A stretch of DNA of 64,000 nucleotides from Eledone cirrhosa (Eukaryota): assembly GCA_964016885.1 (NCBI GenBank), contig OZ024749.1, positions 25,544,001 to 25,608,000 of the forward strand, read 5' to 3'. Shown here one piece after another: positions 14,813 through 27,530 of the stretch. The first letter of the stretch is position 1. Each line of letters begins with the position of its first letter. The position numbers and the translations under genes were made by a program. Below the pieces are notes generated by a model, which saw nothing but the letters and a program-made list of their open reading frames with translations, searched no databases and was not told where the DNA came from.

Positions 14813-16246
14813 AAAGAGAAAGGACTTACCAAAAGCTATAGAGGAAAAAAGACTCTAGAACTCGACTATAACTTTAATTTCATCGGCCTGGTATCGCTGA
14901 AAGACAATGTGGACATGGGGAGGGGGGTATTTGAATTTAGAGCACAGAGAGTCGGAATAAATCATTCAAAGCATTGTATCAGATGTTCTAATGATGCTGG
15001 CAATTCGCTAACTTTCTCAGAATAATTGTCCATATATTTATTACGTTCTAACGCTCCATGGGTCATTCGATCTGATAGATATAACAAAAAATTGTTGAAA
15101 TCTCTCTATACATTCGACATAAAAGTTTCACACTTAATGTCATTTTATGTCTTTTGTCAGAGGAAAAGTTATGATTTTCTTGATCGAAAACTTCTTTGAA
15201 CACAGATAAGCTTAGTCAGGGTTGAACGGTGGATAAAGAAGCGCATACATCATTTATCTCTCTCTCTGAAAGAGCTTTTAATATATATATATATTAAAAG
15301 CTCTTTTACTCGCGCGAATATTCGTTCACAAGCTTGATCCCTCTTACAGCCTCGAAATATGGTATATAATGGGCCTTCAAAACATAGGTGGCGGTTTTGT
15401 TCCGTTTATGAACATGAATACATAATAGAAAATATCAGCTCCCGTCTTGATTGGAGTACTGTTTTCCTTTTTCCGTTTTCCCACGTAGAGATATTTACTA
15501 GATATATACACACATATCTTCGTATTTATATATACATACACACACACACATATATATATATATATAGGGAGAGAGCAATAGAGTGTGAGAGAGCGGACCG
15601 TCACGAACAAGTGAATAATCCTAAACGTGATAATCTACTGTCTACGAATAAGACAAGATGGCCGGAGCTTGAAATCATCTGACAATAAAGTGTTGCTTAA
15701 TCAGAACTGACCTGCAGCCAAACAAACCGCCACCACCAACAATAACAAAAACAACGCCAACAAAGCAACAACAATAACTTCTACTACAACTACAACTACT
15801 ACTACTAATAGTATTACCACTATGACTACTACATCACGAATACAGCGTATTCTAAAGTTTACTTCTTACGCTCATTCCCCTTGATACAGTTACTACTCTA
15901 AATAATAGCATCACATAAGCAAATTGAAAACACATTATTCTTTTTACCAATTTACACAGTTTCCTACTTTTTTATCATTTTACTTTCACTTTCGCTTTTA
16001 AAATCGTGATATTTATATATTTTTTATATATTGTTTGTTTTAATAGTTTCTTCCTTTTTAGTGTGTGTTAGAGTATGTAGGATTTCAATTACTTTTGCCT
16101 TTCCTTGCATCTTTGAAAAGTTAGAAATATAATAGTATTAGTTATCTCATCTAGTTCATTTCATTATCATCAGATTTATTTAATTTTTTCTGTTATTATA
16201 TTTTTAGCAAAAGACATTGAGTGCTTTGAATAGAGTAACAAAAAAA

Positions 16247-16291
<45 letters not shown>

Positions 16292-16349
16292 TTATAATAT
16301 ATATATATATAATATATTTATAATATATATATATATATATATATAGATA

Positions 16350-16388
<39 letters not shown>

Positions 16389-16519
16389 TATGTATATATA
16401 TATATATATATATATACGTGTGTGTGTGTGTGTATATATATATAATATATATATATATGTATATATTCATATATATATATGTATATATATATATGTTTAT
16501 ATATACATATATTCATATA

Positions 16520-16593
<74 letters not shown>

Positions 16594-16718
16594 TATATAT
16601 ATATATATATAATATATATATATATATATGTATATATTCATAGATATATATATGTATATATATATATATATGTTTATATATACATACATATATTCATATG
16701 TATATATATATGTATATA

Positions 16719-16755
<37 letters not shown>

Positions 16756-17072
16756 GTTTATATATATATAGATAGATAGATATAGATATATGCATATATA
16801 TATGTATATAAATATATATGTATATATGTATATATATATGTGTGTGTGTGTGTGTGAGGGGAGGAGTAATATCAGCGTTGTAAGTAAATATGGAAAGAAA
16901 AGGCAACAACAACACCAACAATAACAGACAATAGGATTTGAAAACAAACAAATAGAGGAAAAAAGATGTTGGCTAAACTAAAGAATTCGCTAAAGCAAAA
17001 AAGAATACGTTCACAAAACAGCAGGCGTAGCCAAGAAGGATAGAATATATGTAGACATACCATATATATGCG

Positions 17073-17107
<35 letters not shown>

Positions 17108-17184
17108 TATCATACATGCACGAAATTATATATATGCATTTATATATATATATATATATGATATATACATATGTGTATTATGTA

Positions 17185-17269
<85 letters not shown>

Positions 17270-17430
17270 CGGTCTACGCTTTCATAATTCAATCTTATAA
17301 ATCACAGCGGCTATCTAAGTTTGTGATGTCCTTCCCCAAGAGTTAATGTGTCGTGTGTTATTTTTATCGTATTATCTAGAATATGAGCCACTTTATGTGT
17401 ATATATATATATACATATATATATATATAC

Positions 17431-17494
<64 letters not shown>

Positions 17495-17503
17495 TACATA
17501 TAC

Positions 17504-17535
<32 letters not shown>

Positions 17536-17900
17536 GCAGAGAGAGAGAAAGAGAGAGCGATTGAGAGAGAAAGAACGACAGACTAGGATTATTTACACTT
17601 TATATTCACAGCAAGAGATGAAATTGAACAAGTTCTAGTTCTATCTACAGTACCTTTATTTTAAGACTTCTAGTACACGCTGAGTTTTACATAAATATTC
17701 ATTACTCAATTAATTACTTTCTTGAACAAAACCCCGTCATTCAGATTGCACTGGTCATTACAGAAACGTTCTATATCAAATTTGACGCAAATAGCGACTG
17801 TCCTGGTGATCCCCTGCATGCAGATTCGTAGGGTTAGATCTGACGGATAGAAACAGAAATATATATTCATATATATATATATATATACACACATAGAGAG

Positions 17901-17931
<31 letters not shown>

Positions 17932-18044
17932 GAGAGGTATAGAGATTGTTTTAGCGAGAAGCTAACAGCATTCTATAACATATATGCGACTATAACGTCA
18001 AGATGGGAAAAGTAGTATACATATATATATACATATATATATAT

Positions 18045-18098
<54 letters not shown>

Positions 18099-18208
18099 AT
18101 AATAATAAATTTGAAGACTAAAATCCAAAGAGGGCTCGATAAGTATAAATATATATCAAATATATAAGAACCGTAGAGCATAATCAGTTATTTTAATAAA
18201 TATATATG

Positions 18209-18311
<103 letters not shown>

Positions 18312-18477
18312 GTATATACATATACATATGTGTATATCGCAATTTTGATCTCTCGTGTTCCGTGTTAAGAGGTCATAGAATAATCTGTACGCACAATTCT
18401 CTATATGGTAATATTTTGAAATCTAGAGTTTTATCAATACTAAATGACATATATACACCCACACACGTACACACATG

Positions 18478-18555
<78 letters not shown>

Positions 18556-18790
18556 TCGGGAATTTTACCCACACTATATATATAAATATATATATATATA
18601 TACGAAAAGAGTCAGGACCCCGGCGGCTGAGCTCCGGCCGGATCTAGCTGTCGACACTTTTATTATATACATATTAAATTTTACATTATATTTTGACGTT
18701 TCTAGGGATGTTTATGGACCATGTGCAATTCTCGCTTTTTCAGAGTTCGGGGGTGTTCTCGGAACTTAAACCCCGAAAATACAAGGGAAT

Positions 18791-18835
<45 letters not shown>

Positions 18836-18898
18836 AACATATATATACACACAGAGAATCACACTCTCACACACATGACTCCCCCCCCACCCACACAG

Positions 18899-18940
<42 letters not shown>

Positions 18941-19476
18941 CTGATATCCATTAGACAAAGGGACTTTCTTCAAGCATCAATATGACGCTATGGCGTCCAG
19001 TTAATTCTTCTTAGAGGCCTTACTTCTACTTAATCTTATGAATATTCATACTTTCTAAGTCGCTGTGAAAACAAATAATATGAAGTTATTAAGTGTATGG
19101 AAAACGTTTATCTTGTTTTAAGCCTGATACCTAGTACAGGAAGAGTACTAATATTAGAATTTTGGAAACGTGCGTAATACTATTACAGACTTTACATTTT
19201 CAGTCTGAATCCTTGTTTTGATTATTATTTACTATATAATAATAAATTTGAACACTAAAATCCAAAGAGGGCTCGATAAGGATAAATATATATCAAATAT
19301 ATAAGAAGCGTAGAGCAAATATTTATATACATGCATACACACAGACAGACACTCCCCCCCCACCCCCCAACACCCCCACCCCACCCCACCCACACACACA
19401 GTCGCATATATATATATATATGAAAAGATTCAGGATCCCGAGGGCTGAGCTCCGGCCGTTTAGACAGCTAGTCCCG

Positions 19477-19525
<49 letters not shown>

Positions 19526-19778
19526 CTGGAAAAAATAAAATTTCATTTCTCACTCTTAGTACGGTTGATACTTAAAAATAAGTATGTATACGTACATATA
19601 TATATGTATAGAGGCGTACACTAGTATGTATATACATACAGACATGCACACAAATATATATGTACGTATGGGTTTACCGAACATTTATTATAATGCTCGG
19701 TTTGTTTGTAAACAAACAGCCGGAATTGTCAGCCGTACAGTGTTCGGCAACCATCGATGCCATTTTGTTCAACACCGA

Positions 19779-20282
<504 letters not shown>

Positions 20283-20606
20283 GTCGAATGCGTGCGTGTA
20301 TGTTAATTTTGATGTTTGTATGATGTCGTATGATATCATGTAGATGTGTGACCTCGTCGGATTAAACACTTTAGATCTACTAAGTAATAAATTGCTATAC
20401 AATTCAGTGTATGTGTATTTACAAATTGGTTATTAATGTCACAGGTCTTGTTTTATTGTGGTAATTACTCTACAGCATCAAAGGAAGGAACATGCGTTCC
20501 ATTCCTGTTTGCCATCCAATTTGTTATTGGCTTTCAGATAGGCTTTGTATATCTAATAAAAGTTCTTTATCTTTTTTGTCTATTGCACATCTAGATAAAC
20601 ACTTAC

Positions 20607-20665
<59 letters not shown>

Positions 20666-20723
20666 TGTATATATACACCAAGCCGCACGTGCTTGATATG
20701 TATATATATATATATGTATATAT

Positions 20724-20804
<81 letters not shown>

Positions 20805-21312
20805 TATATACATATACATATATACAATTATCTATATATATAATTATATATATGTGTTTGTGTGTGTGTGTAAATATATATACTATATGTATGCATTCAT
20901 ACATACATATATCTATATCTTTGTATATACATACAAATATACGTGTGTGTATATGTGCTAGATCTAGCTGTCGAAACGGCCGGAGCTCAGCCATCGGGGT
21001 CCTGAATCTTTTCTTATATATATGAAAATAAAGATGGCGTAAGCATACAATGCAACGGGAGGAAACATAATAGCAACACTGACGATGTTGCAGATGTGCA
21101 ACGAAAGAACTTTGATAGACTATATATATGTGTTCGTGCCTATATTGTATCTGTATTTTTGACCGTTGGTCAGTCAATGGCAACATTGAGGATCGAATAA
21201 TTAAATTAACCGATATAAAAGACACAGAAGCGAAAACCAACCAAACAGTGAGTGTGTTCTGTTATTAATTCTGGCAATATTACACAAATATGACCCTCCC
21301 CATGTATAACAA

Positions 21313-21383
<71 letters not shown>

Positions 21384-21557
21384 TTATATATATACATACA
21401 TATATATATATATAATAAAGGAATTGTGGTAAGGAACCAGATGGACCATAACGCACCAGAGTACTCAATACTTAGGGTAGTCCAGAAATAGCCGTCGAAA
21501 CGGCTAGAGCTCTGCCGTCCAAACAGCTAGAGCTCTGCCGTCGGGGTCATACTTTTT

Positions 21558-21645
<88 letters not shown>

Positions 21646-21789
21646 TAATATATATATATTAAGCTGTTAGAAATATATATTTTGATTTTGCATATTTATT
21701 TGATGTTTTGTATAAAATATAAAAATGATATGTCTGTTTCTAGGAGAATAAATTGTTATTTTAGCATATTTCATTCATATTGTCATTGG

Positions 21790-22240
21790 TAACTTGGAAG
21801 TATCGGTTGAGGATTGTACGCCATGCTTTCTAGCATTGTTACGCCCCATTGCGGTCTGAGGTCAAATCCCGACGAGGTTTACTTTGCCCTTCATCCTTAC
21901 GGGGTCGATAAAATAAAGTACCAGTAATGTACTGGGTAATTGCTGGCCTTGTGCCAAAAGTAGAAACAATTATAAGTGTAATTAATACAGTTACTGTTAT
22001 TTTCATAATCATTTCATTATTATTTCAATATTGGGCGCCCAATATAGGGCGGTGGATTGGCAGTATGGGTAGAGCATCGGACGTCATGATTTGACCATAG
22101 AGTTACGGCCCTTGCCATTCTGAGTTCAAATCCCGCCGAGGTTAAGTTTGCCTTTCATCCTTACGACGTCGATAAAATAAAGTACCAGTAAAGCACTGGG
22201 GTAATTGCTGGCCTTGTGCCAAAAGTAGAAACAATTATTA
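21790..22240 (+). mobile_element. Two SINE family-1 copies (21790-21972, 22048-22240)
   Basis: Consensus match with ATT tails. Confidence 0.9.
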
Positions 22241-22471
22241 TTTCAATATTATCATTATTTTCTTAACATACATTACATTATTATCATCATTTTTATTACT
22301 AATATTATTGTTGTCGGCCCTTGTGGCTAATAAATGAAATCTCTATTGTCATTATTAACATCACTATTTTATTGATATCATTATTAGTAGTAGTATTATT
22401 TTTGTTATTATTGGCATTATTGTTTTTAATTATAATATTGTTATTATTGTTAGTGTTATCAATATTATTTT

Positions 22472-23078
22472 ACGGACCTGCCCGAAATGCGCACAGAACG
22501 ACGAAACCGGCTATCGGCCGGGTCCATAGTGAGGATCGATCACCGCCTTCCTTAGGTCAGGAAGAGCAGGATATTTTCCTCTGTCTGGTGGCAGTTGCGA
22601 AAGAGGTTATATGGTGGACCAGGTTAAAAGGACTGAAGACAGACACTTTTCTCTTCAGCCAATCCCTCATCAACTTCTTCAACTTTCACCTGGAAACGAA
22701 GGTGAGGGTGGAAAGAGTGCTGCCCCCAGTACATTTTAAAAGGTGGGTGAATGTGGCGAGAATGGCTCGTGTGAATGGGCCTACTCTGACCATGCGCCTA
22801 TAGGCTAGCTAACTTGAGGAGACGGGTGCTCTCCCTGGGTGCCCTAGAAGCGCAGGGTGGTTCAGGATTGGTGGGGTACCCGAGTCACCCCAGGGTCGTC
22901 CACCCTCTATCCGGGGATTTATTTTGTTGTATTTATGCATAGTTTCTTTTATATTTTTATATTTTCATTGTTAAATTAGTCTTGCCATTATTGTAAACCC
23001 CACTGTCCCTGTCTTTGTATTGTGCCCTACATGTCGGCCCTTGTGGCTAATAAATGAAATCATTATTATTATTATTAT
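22472..23078 (+). mobile_element. 5'-truncated, internally deleted Tx1-like LINE subfamily B
   Basis: ..CLVAVAKEVIWWTRLKGLKTDTFLF..RWVNVARMARVNGPTLTMRL stop; distinct 3' UTR; (ATT)n tail. A ~30 bp isolated 3' end also lies at 22312-22342. Confidence 0.9.
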
Positions 23079-23116
23079 TCTTTGAGTCTCAGCCATTGAT
23101 GTTATTATATATGTAG

Positions 23117-23318
23117 GGCGCTGAATTAGCAGTATCGGTAGAGGGTCGGACGCCATGCTTTGAGAGCATACAGTTACGGCCCTTTATGGTCTGAGTTCAA
23201 ATCCCGCCGAGGTTAACTTTGCCTTTCATCCTTACGGGAGGTCGATAAAATAGAGTACCAGTAATACACTGGGTAATTGCTGGCCTTGTGCCAAAAGTAG
23301 AAACAATTATTATTATTA
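23117..23318 (+). mobile_element. SINE family 1, full length
   Basis: Consensus match. Confidence 0.9.
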
Positions 23319-23826
23319 TTCTTTGAGTTTCAGTCATTGATGTTATTTAACTGGAAAGTTTGTTGAAATGAATATCAAGCCGCTACCTGCAGCCTCAGAT
23401 ATTCAGGAGGTATCGGAGGGCTGTTGCTGTTCCCAGCAAGCATGCCTTTTGAAATGTTCTAAAAAGGCGGGCTGGACTAATTTTATTTAACCATCCTTGG
23501 AAACTCTTTGAGATAGTACCTAGTGCGCCTATGACAATCGGGACCACTTTGTCTTCATGGCAGTTCCAAATCCTTTTTACCTCCCACTTTAAGTCTTGGT
23601 ATAGGTTAATTTTCTCCCTCTCCTTTTCTTGCACTCTCGTGTCAAATGGGCAGGCTACATCTACAAACAGGCATGATCTTTTTTCCTTGTCCAAAACCAC
23701 CAGATCAGGCCTATTTTGTTCCAGTTTCTTGTCCCTCTGTATCCTAAAATCCCATCGCACCTTTACCTAAACGTTTTCTATCACCGACTCTGGTTTATGC
23801 TCATACCACTTCTCAGAATGCGGTAA

Positions 23827-23830
<4 letters not shown>
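23319..23830 (-). mobile_element. R4/Dong-like RLE retrotransposon, 5'-truncated, flanked by (TAA)n
   Basis: ORF 23395-23760: WDFRIQRD..NRPDLVV..VDVACPFD..EKINLYQDL..VPIVIGALG..QKACLLGTA. Confidence 0.92.
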
Positions 23831-23894
<64 letters not shown>

Positions 23895-23911
23895 CATTAT
23901 TATTATATTAT

Positions 23912-24046
23912 TGTTCTTTGAGTCTCAGTCATTCAAGTTATTTAACTGGAAAGTTTGTTGAAATGAATATCAAGCTGCTACCTGCGGTCTCGGACATTCA
24001 GGACGTATCGGAGGGTTCTTGCTGTTCCCAGCAAGCATGCCTTTTG
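23912..24046 (-). mobile_element. R4/Dong-like 3' terminal fragment
   Basis: Near-duplicate of 23319-23450 (QKACLLGTARTLRYVLN plus 3' UTR). Confidence 0.88.
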
Positions 24047-25205
24047 TTCCAAAAAGAGGATTGGGCATGCCATGGGTGATGATGCCCAAACATGCGTTGA
24101 GGCTGCGACATCTCTGGTGCTTCCTTGACGGTGAACAGGTGTGGTCGCCGTTCGCCAGGCACGTTTTCCCACAACTCTTCTCCTTGACGGAGCTGCTGTC
24201 CTGGGTCAGCAAAAAACTGAGGGATAGCGCTTGGAAACTAGAATGTCTCCAAGCGTTCACTGCCCTCTGCCTGCTGTGAACCAGTATCGGTGGAACATCC
24301 ACCTCGGTGTTCTATAGAGGACTAGTGGAGAGGAAGAGCGACGACGTTATCGGAGAATTTCAACCCATGGCTTATGGATATTTTCAAAAAATACCTGGCC
24401 TGGCAGTGCTACCGCAGAGCGTTGCTGGTTCGAGATAGGCTCTACAGGCACGAAAGTGCCGTCAGCCGAGCCTGTCCGAGATGCGCGCAGAGCGACGAAA
24501 CCGTCGTGCACGCACTCGTTCAGTGCCCGAGAATTGCTGACTTGTGGAGCTATGTCGAACAGTTGCTGTCGCGTGTACGACTGATCCGGTTATCCACTGA
24601 GTCCATTGTGCAGATGGTCTCGCCGTCTTCCTTTGAGGAGGAAGGGCAGGCTGTTTTCATCTGCCTGGTGGCCATGGCGAAAGAGATTGTGTGGTGGACA
24701 AGGCTGAAAGGGCTAAAGACAGACATTTTCCTCTTCGGCGAATCCCTGATTAACTTTTTCAAGTTTCACTTGAAGAGCAAAATCAGGGTGGAGAGACAAA
24801 TGCTGCCTTCTAGCAAGTTTGTTGAAAGGTGGGTGAATGTAGCGAGAATGGTCCGAGTGAACGGGACCACTCTGAATATACGCCTGTAGTTTGAGAAATG
24901 GAAAAATTGAGAGAAGGCGCTTGCCCTGGTGGTCAGGGTGGCCGTGGTCTTTTCTGTGGTTTTCGCCACGAGTAAGCCTCGGAGGTTTCCCCACTATTGG
25001 GGAATTTTCGTTGTTTCAATTTTCATTTTTATTGTTTATATATATATATATGTTTCTGTGTCTTTTTTTTTCTTTTCTTATATAGATAATAAAAATCTGT
25101 ACACGCACAATACCCCACACCGTACCGTCTTGTACCATCCTGTGCCGTCTGTAATGTTTTTCTTGATGTCACCCCTTGTGGCCAATAAAGAAATCATTAT
25201 TATTA

Positions 25206-25273
<68 letters not shown>
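24047..25273 (+). mobile_element. 5'-truncated Tx1-like LINE subfamily C with (ATT)n tail
   Basis: GLGMPW..CPRCAQSDETVVHALVQC..VNGTTLNIRL stop at 24889; 3' UTR; long ATT tail. Confidence 0.92.
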
Positions 25274-25481
25274 GGCGACCTACGTAGTAAATCGTATCAT
25301 CGTGAGCTCCGCAAAGGTTTGTTATTTCCGTTTGTTAAAAATTGCCATTCATGGAAAATTTTTATTGTTAACTATATATAAGCGCACATACATTGTTTTC
25401 CGAAAAGGACACCCAAAAAGATTTGGGCCTTGTGCCCAAATTTTAAACTTTTATTATTATCAAAAATGTCTTTTTAAAAAA

Positions 25482-27496
25482 ATGGCTAATTCACCTCTGC
25501 ACCAAGCAGCTGAAAGCCTTCCTCACAAAGTAACACCTCACACCGACACCACTATTGTAAATGTTACTACGTTTGCCAACACAAAAAAAATATAAGCAGT
25601 AGCAATATTTTAAATTTGTCTCAGGCAGACATTCATTTCCCGCCATTACCAATGACTGCAGGTGTTAAAGCCTCCACCACCACCACCACCGCGACAACCA
25701 CCAACCCCACCACCACCGCGACAACAGAAACAAAAGAAGAAAAAAATAAATTAACTCGTGATGTCGAAATGAAATCAAGCAAATTGGACTCTTCCCCACC
25801 AAAGACGACTGACGTCACCACCACCACAACTGAAACTAAAATTAATATTAACACAAATAACGATAGCAACAACAACAACAATGACATTATAAAACCGACC
25901 CTCAGTTTCGACAGAGTAGCAAAAGAGTTCGAAGCATTTACGGTAACTCAGGAGGATTTAGAAAATGCCAAACAAATGGTAATGAAAGATGGGTACAGGG
26001 TCAGCCTCACCCCCCCCCCCCCCCACCTAGTAAAATGGAGCATCGGCGCCTATGCACCGTGTCGTATAGAACAATAAATGTAAAATCGCGCCGAGTGGAA
26101 CGGGCATCCGAGTCCCAAATCCAAAAGGCTTTGGGCAAGAAAAACCCACATCAACGTGGGCAAAAGTATGGAACCGTGGACGTGTTCTTTGAAACACCAG
26201 AGGAGGCTAGAGAACACTCCATGGCCCCATTAAGAAGTGACGACTTCACACTCGTCCCAAGCTATTGTGGCCAGAGATTCGTAAAGATCAGGGTGACCCC
26301 CGTTCCACCGGCCATCGAAATTCCCTGGCTAATAGCGGCCGTCCTAGCCGGCATCGAAGCCAACACAAAAATAATAGCAATAGCAAAAGAAAAGCAGGAG
26401 AACTGGTCCGGATCTGGGATGGAGCTCCTGATCCAAGCGGACCAAAAAAGCATTGAGGAGATCCTAGAGGTAATAGACCTCACTGACGGCAGCCACCTCA
26501 CGGTAATTGTCGAGGGCAGAAGACCTAGGTGTGTCGTTTGTGGTGAAGGAACCCACCTAAGGGCTTTCTGCCCTCAGGCTAAAAGGTTGAGGCCACCTCT
26601 CCTACCCACCCTAGTGGTACAACCATCAACACCACCAGTAGCAGAGATGGCAGCAACAACTGTAGCAGCAACAACAGAAGCAACTATAACAGCAACAACC
26701 TCAGCAACAGTAGCAAAACCAACACCACCACCACCACAGCAAAACCAACACCACCACCACCACCAGCAAAACCAACACCACCACCACCCAACGCTTCAGA
26801 ACTAGCACCAGCGCCTACACCATCCACCACGCCACAACCAAAACTAACGCCTGTGGAGGATTTTCCACTCCCCGGCCTATCACAACTGGAGACAGATTGT
26901 GACGACGAGGAGTGGGAAACGATATCCGGAAAAAAAAAAGAAACCAAAAAAGAAAAAATTCTCTTCCTTCCCCCTCCAAAAACAAAATACAGAGGGAAAC
27001 AAATAAACTAAGAAACAAAAAAGTTAGGACAGATATGCCACCATCCACACCAGCATCACCAACCCCACCAACCCAAACATCAACACCATCACTATCATTA
27101 ACTCCAACACCACCATCACCTACACCACAAAAGTCACCAAAATGCGAAACAGAAACAAACCCACAATAAACGCAAACAAAACAAAACAACCAAAACGATA
27201 CACACTACACAGCATTAAATTTGAACAACAAGCAATTATTACACTACATCCAACACAACACCAACATCACAGAACAAGACTACACAACAACCCCAAAATT
27301 CACACCACCTCCACACATACAAATCACTCGCATCACACAGAAAACGTACATGACACTAAAACAAAAATTCCCCAAAGACATCGGAGACTTCCGACAAGCA
27401 CTCTCCAGGAGGATTTATAAGGACATGCTTCCTGAGGAGGCCACAAGCAGTGAATAGGATGGAAAAACCGTCCTTCCTCTACGAGAAGTAAGGTAA
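25482..27496 (+). pseudogene. LINE ORF1 type a (RRM-like region, single CCHC knuckle CVVCGEGTHLRAFC), frameshifted
   Basis: Track pieces 25616-26077, 26035-26805, 26912-27169, 27221-27457; reading through TAG 27455 gives DGKTVLPLREVR-TAA (27494-96), matching the copy 2 terminus DVKTIPPLPKVR-TAA. Confidence 0.85.
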
Positions 27497-27530
27497 GTGG
27501 TCTTTTCCATCTGTTCCACTCCTTTTCAAC

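Noticed and set aside
18690-18750. Minus-strand CTGAAAA..GAAACGTC hammerhead-like motif
   Set aside because: Core G is missing and stems I and II do not pair convincingly; at most a decayed pLTR
20390-20595. Hydrophobic 67-codon open frame (+) or a terminal exon IYKAYLK..CSFL (-)
   Set aside because: AT-rich DNA readily gives such frames; no recognisable family and the strand is ambiguous
22048-22140. tRNA gene
   Set aside because: A and B boxes are present but there is no cloverleaf, and it continues into a SINE body
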